From: Poseidonia sp.
GTDB taxonomy: Archaea; Thermoplasmatota; Poseidoniia; Poseidoniales; Poseidoniaceae
NCBI GenBank assembly: GCA_030741355.1
Contig: JASLVM010000001.1
Span: 76,087 to 140,086 of the forward strand
DNA: 64,000 bases
Direction of reading: 5' to 3'
Shown here piece by piece: positions 46,101-55,400 of this stretch (position 1 is its first letter; every line of letters starts with the position of its first letter). The notes under the pieces are model-generated. The model did no database searches, had not been told where the DNA came from, and was given only the letters and a program-made list of their open reading frames with translations. Made by a program: the position numbers and the translations under genes.

Positions 46101-47943
46101 GCCAGTCCAAGCCGGTGTGATTGCCCGCCATCGTGAGGCCGTCCAAATGCACGGCCGCACGGTGAAGTTTGACGGCAGGTTGACTCGGGCTTTCGGCTTC
46201 AACATGGAGGTTCGTGATGTGAATACGCCCACTGGCTCCTGCAGGCATGGCGTCGCCGTTGTCAATCTCCAGAGCTGGTAGATTCAGCGCATTATCTTCA
46301 AGTTGCACGTTCTCAAGCCAAAGGTCCACGGAATTGACGGCGAGAATGCCGTGCCCCGTTGAACCCGCAACGGTGCACGACCAACATCGGACATCACCGG
46401 ATGAAGACTCAACGTCGTTGGATTCTTCGTAGTACAATCCGGCTTGTTCCTCAGCGCTGGCTGTGGTGGAGGCTCCGTTGTTTTCGGCGGTCAAATTCCA
46501 GAAATCAATGCGTCGTGCATCGAGCACATGAGCGCCAGAATAGCCGTTGTCCGAAAGGTGCATGCCTTCGATGGCAACGGTGGCACGGTCGACGATGATG
46601 CCCTGTTTGGTGTTGTTGTGAAGGAACCAGTCGCTGCCTTGCATGGCACCTCCGGAGGTGGAATGAACGCCAGGGCCAACCGAACCAGAGACTTCCAAAC
46701 CCTCGAAGGTCGGGGCAAAGAACGACGAACGTATGGACACACCAGCCTCGTGTTGACCTTGCCCGGGGTCGCCGGAATCGCGAACCGTCAAATTACGGAA
46801 GGTGGTGGTGGAATCCACGAAATAAAGGCGGACACCCACGGTGGTCGAATCTTCGATGAGCGTGTCGTCAAACCACGCCCCGGTCGCATTCACCTCAAGG
46901 GCTGCATAACCGATGTTGGGTGTTTTTGAATCCGGCCCTCCTGTTCCGGAGATGGTCAAATTGGTGAAATCCGCCGTTTCGTAATTGGTGTAATTCGTGT
47001 GGTTGTTTTTGTCCACATACACCCCTCTGTACATTGAATCGCTGATGTGAGCATGCCGCACCACGGCGTGGGTGTAACCGCCATCGTCAATGTGGCGGAC
47101 CACCATCCCGGTATCGGATTTGGTGATGCTGATGTTGGTCAGCAGCGGTTGACTGTCCTCCACCCAAATACCGGCGACCATGGCCCAAGAAGAGCCGGTG
47201 CAGTTGTCGATGGTGATGCCTTGAATCAGTCCCCCTGAGCCACCCCAGATGTTCACGGCCCGCGTCAAAATATCTGAAAACACGGCCCGTTGAACGATGG
47301 GCGTCGAGCCCGCACCGATGGAGAGTCCCAAACCGTAGCGCCAGTCGCCTTGGAAGCCAAGGTCCCGACCTGCACGGTCAACGTAAAGATCGGTGATGCG
47401 CGGGGCGGCGCTGTTGAACATGTCAACGGCGACGCGGTCAGGATTGACCACGGTCAGATTTTCAATGACGGGATTGGACCCGTAAATGGTGATGCCATAG
47501 ATGGCGTCCTCGATCGTTAAGTTTTGAATCAATGAACCGCGCCCCGAAGAAGAGGTGTTGAACTGGATGCCTTCGTGGTCACCCAAACCAGCGGCTTCGA
47601 AGATGACCGGGCAAGATTGCGTACCAAGAACCGTCAAGCGGCCGTCCACGATGATACGCTCATTGGAAGGCAGTCGGACCACCGTACAGGGTTGAATGAT
47701 GACTTCATCCGCCACGCCGATGGTGTAGGTTCCCGACAGGGTCTGGGTTCCTGACCACGTGGTTTGCGCCCGACCTTCAGCCAATTGCGGGGACGTCGTT
47801 GTGTCATCGAGCGGTGCTGCGGGACCTGCAGGAGCAAGGTGCAACATCATGGGAAGAAGGAACAAAAGCACGAGGCTGAAAGCAAGACCTCTCCCCGAAG
47901 AATTGTGCTCCATAGCCTCAAGGGATACGCTGTCCCTCTTCAA
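43114..47943 (-). CDS. Giant (1609 aa) type-I surface protein with right-handed parallel beta-helix repeats and Ig/PKD-like domains, a C-terminal TM and an acidic tail.
   Basis: Signal peptide ...GLAFSLVLLFLLPMMLHLAPA. Repeated NxT/beta-helix turns (IENLTVVN, ITNLHVE, IQNLTIED). C-terminal TM GLLLATSALGFVSLAGFVAYLV plus RRRR. Tail ends ELELDLDLD. Confidence 0.75.
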   Translation of the reverse strand: MKRDSVSLEAMEHNSSGRGLAFSLVLLFLLPMMLHLAPAGPAAPLDDTTTSPQLAEGRAQTTWSGTQTLSGTYTIGVADEVIIQPCTVVRLPSNERIIVDGRLTVLGTQSCPVIFEAAGLGDHEGIQFNTSSSGRGSLIQNLTIEDAIYGITIYGSNPVIENLTVVNPDRVAVDMFNSAAPRITDLYVDRAGRDLGFQGDWRYGLGLSIGAGSTPIVQRAVFSDILTRAVNIWGGSGGLIQGITIDNCTGSSWAMVAGIWVEDSQPLLTNISITKSDTGMVVRHIDDGGYTHAVVRHAHISDSMYRGVYVDKNNHTNYTNYETADFTNLTISGTGGPDSKTPNIGYAALEVNATGAWFDDTLIEDSTTVGVRLYFVDSTTTFRNLTVRDSGDPGQGQHEAGVSIRSSFFAPTFEGLEVSGSVGPGVHSTSGGAMQGSDWFLHNNTKQGIIVDRATVAIEGMHLSDNGYSGAHVLDARRIDFWNLTAENNGASTTASAEEQAGLYYEESNDVESSSGDVRCWSCTVAGSTGHGILAVNSVDLWLENVQLEDNALNLPALEIDNGDAMPAGASGRIHITNLHVEAESPSQPAVKLHRAAVHLDGLTMAGNHTGLDWRGDNNGQFASSLNNSVFSGTDCAVFDGHASLGGHSNRISTDCTGGITFTNSQVNWSVLTDDRGASGNPTMLDLDASSTLHLHRPVDVAYASAVIASGAQIDVAWDLTVWVVNNFSNGIPAAYVNVTYDAFEPALTDPASMIGQLFLPDFIGQRWTSTGGSSYNVANIDCGYFGVSNSTSTTLDQDRVVYCHLPLANQAPFIFWSTPEDGAVFPSGAEVFFNASDTWDLDNDSMDFKWRSSLDDDIVANCAGVFHGNDHPSNGAPFLANGEPFTQVPPYCQLSDGIHEITLQVCDFGHCVAETRTIELVNFAPVLAVDFEPSLNPWSELIMPQTGTLTINTTGTYDPEGDDFACVIDFNGEGAGWDNQWVCPNELTYTFDYTTEEPPTSATLTVLAFDAVGNNASYTVPVMLYNEIPDPIFTVDRSDDSSAAMVTLDGSTTVDPEGDALSVMFTSSLDGVLSTDGLVWEGYLSRGVHTITMEVTDDRAEHANQSKSTSLLLTVDNAEPVAIIASPLAQTFDSSELISFSANGSGDYDASCSTFPTDGTWICAPFEPATGSEFLVVTWTSNLDGRLTPEGEDWLLFEERLTAGNHLITLSVDDGIHDPVEVSMTVTVTESAPVLGLVSPQAGTVHPSSTTFMFDASESVDYDGDNFTITLRSSEESEPLLVDVDPEGQHAFSLGAGEHIMTATLTDTTGATRDETFSLTVVESGPVLVMISPENRQSIEPGGAVLLEEASYDADNDLTVREWRRWSDELSEPEVLSTRSMEELTGLLPGEYHLSLYVEDARGNSVEQHVNITIQSSLPSLDRNSLVLSSETFTQDEVNRLTVRVGLSDPDGTTDDVRVKITFGLQEWEANLSDDDGDGVWEGLIEWRPETTGRPLLKITAKDGVGESANIDFMSRNLIVEAPESDARGLLLATSALGFVSLAGFVAYLVSRRRRANEELELLTSWDAFRAPSAASENGPKDVPSVEGNAMDGTQEVQEELELDLDLD

Positions 47944-48011
47944 AGGTCGCCTGTTCTGTGAATTCTCTGACGGGAGGAATCCCTAAGTCCCGATTTCCAA
48001 TCCAAGAAACC

Positions 48012-48245
48012 ATGCCCGAAGCGTTTGTGCTGTTCAAAACCGAACCAACCCACGAGCGCGAAGTCTACCTCTCGTTGACAGAACACGAGGACGTCGCTGA
48101 AGTACACGCCCTCTACGGTGAATTTGATTTGCTGGTTCGAATCAGTTCGCCAACCTCAAAGGAACTCTCCAAACTGCTGATGCAATCGTTCAGGAAGATC
48201 GAAGGCGTCAAAGAAACACAGACCTTGATTGCGGTGGAGGCCTGA
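48012..48245 (+). CDS. Stand-alone RAM (Lrp/AsnC C-terminal ligand-binding) domain protein, 77 aa.
   Basis: MPEAFVLFKTEPTHEREVYLSLTEHEDVAEVHALYGEFDLLVRISSPTSKELSKLLMQSFRKIEGVKETQTLIAVEA. An paralog of the next gene. Confidence 0.6.
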   Translation: MPEAFVLFKTEPTHEREVYLSLTEHEDVAEVHALYGEFDLLVRISSPTSKELSKLLMQSFRKIEGVKETQTLIAVEA

Positions 48246-48247
48246 AC

Positions 48248-48481
48248 ATGGCGATTGGCTTTGTATTGATGACGACCTTACCGGGAGAAGAAGACAGCGT
48301 CCGTCAAGCCCTCAGCAAGGTGGATTTGGTCACCGACCACTGGATGTTATTCGGCGAATACGACCTGATTGCTCGCGTGCAAGCGGACGAAGAATACGCC
48401 CTGACCCGTTGCATCGTTGAGGAAATTCGTCAACTTCCGGGTATCAAAGATACGAAGACACTCATCGGCGCAGAATTGTGA
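48248..48481 (+). CDS. Stand-alone RAM (Lrp/AsnC C-terminal ligand-binding) domain protein, 77 aa.
   Basis: MAIGFVLMTTLPGEEDSVRQALSKVDLVTDHWMLFGEYDLIARVQADEEYALTRCIVEEIRQLPGIKDTKTLIGAEL. Same length and pattern as the upstream paralog, with a 2-nt spacer. Confidence 0.6.
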   Translation: MAIGFVLMTTLPGEEDSVRQALSKVDLVTDHWMLFGEYDLIARVQADEEYALTRCIVEEIRQLPGIKDTKTLIGAEL

Positions 48482-48483
48482 TT

Positions 48484-50709
48484 TCACAAGACACGGTGCA
48501 GGCGCTCGGTCACGGCCCGAGCGGCGTTGGTGCAACCCGCCTGCCTGAAACATCGAGCAGCTTCTCGAAGCGCTGCGGCGGAGGCTGAGGGGTCCAGGTG
48601 GCCTTTGAGGTACCACCATCTGGCGGCGTAACGGTGACCGGGTGAACCCGCTTCAGCCCAAACGCTCGGGTTCGGCAAAGAAGCGTGAACGGAACGGGCG
48701 GATTCATGGCCTTGCCCCACCAAATGCTCGGCAAACGTGAGACCGACAACGGCGGCATGAAACGGGGTTGTTTGAGCACCAGCGGCCCGTTCATAGGCTT
48801 CGTGGTGAGCGTCATGCGTCTCTTTTCCAAAGGCAAGACTCGCCTTGAATTTGGCATGGAGGACAATGGGGTCGTGCATGTGACTCAGGGCTTCAAGACC
48901 TTCGACCAGGGCCAGAACTCGGGCTTCATCTCCCTGTAACAAGGCGACTGTAAGTTGAATGAGGGTGATGCTGACGGTGATGCTTCCCCTGGTGTTGAGG
49001 TCGTCGGGCAGTCGCACTTGGTTGAGCAGGGATTGCACCTTATGTTCATCCACGGCAGAGGTTTGGTCAAACACACGGTCTTCAATCCGTTGCACGGCTG
49101 CACGCAAAAGCCAGCGCACACCTTCAAGGTCGGAAACAGCGCTGAGTTGGGCTTGCAACAAACGCTCTGCTTCCTCTTCATCGCCTTCAATACGGGCCAA
49201 TTCGTAGGCCAGTTCGGCCCGTAGGGAATCCGACTGGACCCCTGCCAAATGGTGGCGAGCACGTTCCGCCTCCTGACGATGAACGGCGATCCTTCCGGCC
49301 CAATAATGCAGGTTCTCTTGGTCGGGCCGTTGAACCGTCGCTCGGTCAAAAATCACGGCCATTGCACCGCTCTGCTCCAGCATCAACGCATCAAAGCGCT
49401 CGACCATCTCCTCCACGAATCGGTCATCGTCCAGAGCCATGGTGTGGTAGAGGTGGAGCACCGCGTACGCCGGTTCGTCGAGATGATTGGCCCAGTGGTC
49501 GGCGGCCGCCTGGTGCAACTTCGTCAATCGGTTTTCATCGAGCATGGTGCGTCGAACGTTCCGAATGAGATGCTGGATTTCCAGTGAAACATCCTCTTCA
49601 GTCCACCTCAACAAGGCTCGCTCGTCAAGTTCATCGATGGAGGAAGCACCTGGCACCATCGCTGCGGGAAGCGGACGTGGAAACAACACCATGCCGTCCA
49701 AGGCTTCGAGCGCACCCTCATCCAACCCGTCAAGCATGGTCTGCTCAACGAAGGCTTGGATGTCCTCTCCAGCCTCTGGCAACCGGTCACCTTCTCGGTA
49801 GAGATTCAGGGCCATGGGGTGGCCATCCAGTGCTTTGGCCACTTCCAAGCGAAGGGCTTCATCCAAGTGGTCACCCAAAACCTCCTTTGCATCGTGAGGA
49901 GAAAGTGTGCCGAGTTTGAGCAACGGCCAATCAAACCCTTCGGGAAGCGGCAGGCGACCGGCAAGCACAACGGTATGCTCCTTGGCATGAAGGCCATGAA
50001 GCAGATGTTGAACGGCCTTGAGGTGTCGTGGTTCCACCAAGTGGAGGTCGTCAACAACGAGGACTTGTTTTCCACTTTGGCCGATGTGTTCGATCATGGC
50101 CTCGGGGTCAACGGGGAGCGGCGTGGTCTCGGGGAACCAAGCTTGCATCAAAGCATAGGCATCGCTCAACGGGTCCATGGTGGCCCATCGAACAAGATGC
50201 TGGGTGGACTGCGCAGCCCAGGCCTTCAACAGCGTGGTTTTTCCGACGCCGGAAAGGCCACCGACCACCGCACGACGTTCTTCAAGCAACAACTGAATCA
50301 AGGTCTCCAGTTCTCGCTCACGGCCAATGATGCTGAACTTCGATGCGTCGTTGCTGGTCAACTCCGAAGTTGAAAGGGTGTCTTCCGAAGGGTGTTCAGC
50401 CAACCAACCACGCCCTTTTTCGGTGATGTGATAGACTTGCCGTCGCCGAGAGCCACCTCCCAAAACATGGGCAACCCGTACCACGATGAAGCCCTCATCG
50501 AGCAGCACGTTGAGCGGTTGATTGAGACCCGAACGCACCACGCCCATGGCCTCCGAAAGACCGGGCAAGGAAACCGACCGAGGCACGTCCCAAGCGTTGG
50601 AAAGCGCATCGGGAAAGGTCCCGAGATAGCGCAGCAACTTCTCTTGAGAACGGCTCAACATGGGAACGACAAAACAGGCTCGTGCGTCTCCTTCATCAAA
50701 CATCCCCAC
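48484..50709 (-). CDS. Regulator with an N-terminal PadR/MarR-like winged HTH, a STAND/NB-ARC-type P-loop ATPase and a C-terminal TPR-like helical sensor.
   Basis: wHTH ...GSRRRQVYHITEKGRGWL. Walker A GGLSGVGKTTLLKAW. Walker B VLVVDDLHLVE. Long helical C-terminus. Confidence 0.65.
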   Translation of the reverse strand: MGMFDEGDARACFVVPMLSRSQEKLLRYLGTFPDALSNAWDVPRSVSLPGLSEAMGVVRSGLNQPLNVLLDEGFIVVRVAHVLGGGSRRRQVYHITEKGRGWLAEHPSEDTLSTSELTSNDASKFSIIGRERELETLIQLLLEERRAVVGGLSGVGKTTLLKAWAAQSTQHLVRWATMDPLSDAYALMQAWFPETTPLPVDPEAMIEHIGQSGKQVLVVDDLHLVEPRHLKAVQHLLHGLHAKEHTVVLAGRLPLPEGFDWPLLKLGTLSPHDAKEVLGDHLDEALRLEVAKALDGHPMALNLYREGDRLPEAGEDIQAFVEQTMLDGLDEGALEALDGMVLFPRPLPAAMVPGASSIDELDERALLRWTEEDVSLEIQHLIRNVRRTMLDENRLTKLHQAAADHWANHLDEPAYAVLHLYHTMALDDDRFVEEMVERFDALMLEQSGAMAVIFDRATVQRPDQENLHYWAGRIAVHRQEAERARHHLAGVQSDSLRAELAYELARIEGDEEEAERLLQAQLSAVSDLEGVRWLLRAAVQRIEDRVFDQTSAVDEHKVQSLLNQVRLPDDLNTRGSITVSITLIQLTVALLQGDEARVLALVEGLEALSHMHDPIVLHAKFKASLAFGKETHDAHHEAYERAAGAQTTPFHAAVVGLTFAEHLVGQGHESARSVHASLPNPSVWAEAGSPGHRYAARWWYLKGHLDPSASAAALREAARCFRQAGCTNAARAVTERLHRVL

Positions 50710-50767
50710 CCTTGTTTAGGCTGCATGCAGGGTTGCCCTTTTGAGTTAGGGCAGGTGTGGGAGGACC

Positions 50768-52492
50768 ATGCCCGTGGACTTGGCTTCGGCTGACCTTCCA
50801 CATGAGCCGGGCGTCTATTTGTTCAAAACGAAACAGGGCAGGGTGCTCTATGTTGGCAAAGCGACGCGCCTGAACGAGCGCATACGGTCATACTTTGCAT
50901 CCAATCCTGACCGCCATATGATTCCTGAACTCGTCGCTCGGGCAGACGATATCGAATGCATCGTGACCCAAACGCCGCAAGCCGCTTTGGTCCTTGAGCG
51001 CCAGTTGATTCGGGAACACATGCCGAGGTTCAATTCGATGTTGAAGGACGACAAGTCCTTCCCGTACCTCGCCATGACCAACGATGAATTTCCACGAATC
51101 ATGTACACGAGGCGCCCACCAAAAACCGCCCAGCAATGGGGGCCGTTTCCCAACGCTGGTGCAGCAAAACAGGTGATGCAATTGCTTCGACGCCAGTTCG
51201 GCATACGAGACTGCAAGGAATTGCTTCCTCAGGGTTGTCTCTCAATGCACATCGGTCTTTGCGCCGGACCGTGCATTGACGGTACCGGCTACGACGACCG
51301 TGTGAAAGCCGTGCGGCGCATCTTGAACGGTGACGCTGCACCGTTGCTCGAAGAACTCGTGACCCAAATGGATGCGGCCTCGCAGGCTCAAGCCTTCGAA
51401 GAAGCGGCTCAGCACCGCGACATGATTCGTGCGGTGCGAGCGACTACGGGTCAACACATCGTCTCAAGTAAGGTCTATCGCGACTGCGATGCCATCGGCA
51501 TCACGTCCGAAGGCGACCTCGCCGCTATCGTGGTCTTGCACGCTGACGAAGGCATCGTCCAGGGCCAAGAAGCGTGGCCTGCCGTGCACCGGGGCGACAT
51601 CGGCGAAACCGTGTCGATGTTCATCTCCGAGCACTATGCTCATCGGACACCACCTCGCTTGCTTCTCTCTCCCGTTCCCATCTTTGACGGTCTCCAGTCC
51701 TGGCTGAATGAGCGGCGGGGCTCCTTGGTAGAAGTTCGCATACCGCAACGCGGTGATTTGGAAAACCTCGCCACCCTGGCTCGGCAAAACGCTGAGATTC
51801 AACTTCAACGAATGGCAGCAAAATCCAGCGGCTCTCTCGAACAACGGGCGGCCGATGAAGGTGCGAAAACCCTCGGTATGCAACAGCTTGACCACATCGT
51901 CTGTTTTGACATGGCGCAGTTGCAAGGGGACGAACGCGTCGGAGCCAGCGTCGTCATGCGCAAAGGGCGCCCGGCCAAAAAAGAGTACAGAAAATACATC
52001 GTCAAGGGTGAGGCGCTCGATGATCTTCGAATGATGAAGGAAGTGGTGGTCCGTTGGGCGAAACGCCAGGAAGAATGGCCGGACCTGTTGCTCATCGACG
52101 GTGGTGAGACGCACCTCAGCACGATTCACCAAGCCCTCGAAGAACACGGTTGGGCCGACCGCTTTCCCCTCGCTGCGCTCGCCAAGCGAGAAGAAACCAT
52201 CTTCCGAAACGGAATGGAGCCCCTGGTGCTCGACCGCTCAGGACGGGTGCTGGTTCACGCTCGAGACGAGGCGCATCGTTTCGTCAACACCTTCCATCGC
52301 AAACGACGAAGTCGAAGTCGGCTCGCCGATCCGCTTGAGGGCGTTGAGGGCTTAGGCGCAAAAAAACTCCAAACGCTGTTGCGCCATTTCGGTGGACGAA
52401 AAGGCATCGAGCACGCAACGGCTTCCGAACTTGAGACCGTCCCTGGCATCGGACCTGCGCTGGCCGAGCGAATTTACGAAGCCCTGCGCTAA
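50768..52492 (+). CDS. uvrC: Excinuclease ABC subunit C.
   Basis: GIY-YIG N-terminus GVYLFKTKQGRVLYVGKATRLNERIRSYF. C-terminal HhH GLGAKKLQTLLRHFGG...VPGIGPALAERIYEAL. GGGAGG RBS. Confidence 0.9.
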   Translation: MPVDLASADLPHEPGVYLFKTKQGRVLYVGKATRLNERIRSYFASNPDRHMIPELVARADDIECIVTQTPQAALVLERQLIREHMPRFNSMLKDDKSFPYLAMTNDEFPRIMYTRRPPKTAQQWGPFPNAGAAKQVMQLLRRQFGIRDCKELLPQGCLSMHIGLCAGPCIDGTGYDDRVKAVRRILNGDAAPLLEELVTQMDAASQAQAFEEAAQHRDMIRAVRATTGQHIVSSKVYRDCDAIGITSEGDLAAIVVLHADEGIVQGQEAWPAVHRGDIGETVSMFISEHYAHRTPPRLLLSPVPIFDGLQSWLNERRGSLVEVRIPQRGDLENLATLARQNAEIQLQRMAAKSSGSLEQRAADEGAKTLGMQQLDHIVCFDMAQLQGDERVGASVVMRKGRPAKKEYRKYIVKGEALDDLRMMKEVVVRWAKRQEEWPDLLLIDGGETHLSTIHQALEEHGWADRFPLAALAKREETIFRNGMEPLVLDRSGRVLVHARDEAHRFVNTFHRKRRSRSRLADPLEGVEGLGAKKLQTLLRHFGGRKGIEHATASELETVPGIGPALAERIYEALR

Positions 52493-55400
52493 CGGGACAA
52501 CTCGTCGATGTTGGCCATGTCCTCGATGCTCTCGCCGTGCCGGAGGGCCGGACTCGAGAAGCCGGCCAAGTCGGCGAATTCATGATCGCCAAGTTGAGCT
52601 TTGTTCACCGCCGCTTGCCGGTTGGCCAAGGCGTTCTTTTTCCGCTTCTTCTTCGCTCGTCGTCGCCGAATGTACATCACCAGCAACACCAGGACAATGG
52701 TGGGATAGACCCAGAATTGAATCAGGAAGTAAACCCAACCAATTTGAATCCGGAACGTCAAGTCGTCTGAAAATTCTCCCGGAGGGACGATGTAAGTGAT
52801 GGTTTGGCGACCACCGTCCTCGGTGATGATGACGTTGCCAGCCGAAGAGGAAACGTCCACAACATGAATGCCTCGAGGCAGGGTGAAGGTGATCGGCCCG
52901 GAGTAAGCAGCCCCGTCAATGGGTGATTCCCAAACGCCACCGCCGACTTCACTCGTATCGAATTCGGTGGGAAGTTCGGTGTTGATGAGGCCGGTGGAGA
53001 TGGTGACCGTTTCTTCATTCGTGGGCGGGTAGGTGACGCCATCTGAACCGAAAACAGAGCCTCTCAAGCCTTGTGTGAACACATCCGCAACCATTTGCAT
53101 CGGGCGGTGGAAGACGGATTGGATGCCGCTGGTGACAATACTCACTTTGAGATCTTCAGGGGCCGTTTCGCTCAATTCACCCCAACCGGTCCCCGAACCG
53201 ATGGTAAACTCAACTTCAGGGATGGAAATTGAAAGGGTGATCGGTTCGTCATCACTCACAACTTCATCCGGAGCCTCGATGCCCGAGATTGAGGTGCGGA
53301 TTTCAAAGGCTGAAAGGTCGACTTCTCCAAAGGGGTTGCTTTCGTTTTCTGCGAGGAGAGCCCCGCCACCGTGAATGGCGTCGGTGATGACCTCACCCAA
53401 GCGTTTTGCGAGGTCTTTCATGCCCTGCCGAGTGGCTTCCAATTCAAGGTCGTCGTCGCAGTCATTGAAGTAATCTGAAGCATCTGCAGGTTCGCACCAA
53501 GGGAGTCCCACGCTTGTTCCGAGGGGGTTCTCCATTCGGCTTGAGAGGTCGATGATGAGACGGAGTAAATCCGAGGGCAGAGCCTCCATCTGGCCGCAGG
53601 CCTCAATGTCATCGCCCTCGACGCAACGCTGACCTTCAACGAAGCCAATGCGGTAGATGCTCAAATCCGCTTCGAGCGCCATGGACACGCTGAAAGAAGC
53701 GCTCCATTCGTTGAAATTCACCTTGGAAAGGTCAAACTTAACATCCGACTCGACACAGGTGCTTTGATTGGCAAAACAGAGGACGCGCCCGTCTTCATTG
53801 GTGATTTCATGCTCCCAATCGTAGGGGTCAATACCCGTCAATGAGAGGTTCAGCGAGCCCGACTCATCGACCGTTTTGGTCAAAGTGATGCTGGAGGTCC
53901 CGTCCACGGTGGTCACCCAATTGGGCAAGATGATCTCCACGGTCAAATCAGCAGGCGGCAAGCCACTCAAATCAATGGCGTTGAGGAAGGATTCCCCAAT
54001 GAGCGCTTCTATAGAAAAACCAGCGTTCATGAGGCGCTCGAGGTCGCTGCTTTGGACGTTCTCGAGGAAGTCAATTCCCTCTGAATGGTTCTTTTCGTCC
54101 ATTTGAGCGATGATGATGTCGATGAATCGCATAGAAAACGGCTGACTGGTCGTTTGGAGGTAGATGGGGTAGGTCTCGTCCATCGCGTTTGGCCCTTGCA
54201 AACAATAGTGGAGCACCTGACCGGCAGCGACGGGTTCACTGCATCCCGCAGTATGGCTGTAGTTCAACCCGCCTACGCTATCGTAAATTCCCGTTCCATC
54301 GGCAACGGAAACCCATTGCAAGTCACTCATGGTGATGTCGCCAACGCCCGCAATGGTGTTGCCAAGCCCCTCAACGATTTCACCAACAGGAAACTGATTG
54401 GTGAACTGGGTCAAATCCACGATATCGTTGTGGTACGCCAGTCGAATACCGTCGGAGGTGATGACCGGAATGGAGGCGGAAGAAGAGACATCGAACATGT
54501 TGATGCCCCAATTGTTGAGGGTCTCGGTGTCGAGGTAGGACAGCCCCGCTGCGAAATCAATGGTTGCCGCGTACTCATCTGACAAGTCAAGAACGAGGTT
54601 GAGGTCCACGGCCTTGGTTCCCGGTTCAATGTACACGGTGGGCGTTTCCGAGGAATTCCGATGCGCGAGCTCCAGGTCAACCTTCTGAACCAAATCCGAA
54701 TCGCCCTCCACTGCGTTGAGATGGTCTAACGTCCATTTTGCCGCGTTGTAGTTGGGCGTGCCTGCCCGAAACACCAGGCTGCCGTTTGCGTCGACGTCTT
54801 TCACGGTGGAGTAGGCCGAGGGATTGATGACGAAATCGGCCTTGTGGCCTGGCTTGGTCGTCAAATCAAAACTGGTGTTGATTTCAGCCCCCATCGTGAG
54901 CAGGCCACGGTAGGTCCGCTCCAAATCGAGATTCTCCGAACCCACCAGGTTGAAGTTGCTGGCCAAGAGGTCAACCGAGGCGGTGGCTTGGAAACAGAGG
55001 GGCGGCTCAAACACGTTGTTCTCAGTTGCACCCTCGGCTTGTGAATCCCCGGCAGGGTCAGAGGAACAGGTGGTGGTTAGGCCGCTGCTGGTAAAGGAAT
55101 TCACGTAAGCAGTCGAGAGGCTCGTCACCGTACCAAAACCAGATTCAAGAGCATCCTCGATGGCCTGATGGACTTCGGTTTGCAATTTTTGCCCGACCGT
55201 GGTCGCCCCGTCTGAGGTGTCAAAATAATGGCGAATGAGGTCTGCGGGTGCACCGTCGTTGGCGTCCAGATCATCTCCGTTCGGGTCTTCCAGCGTATCC
55301 CCGACGACCGTCCCTGAACCAAACCCAAGCGAGTCACGCTCAAACTCACGCACAGCCCAATTCAATTCCAACTCAATGGAGGAGGTCGAAATGAGGTTGA

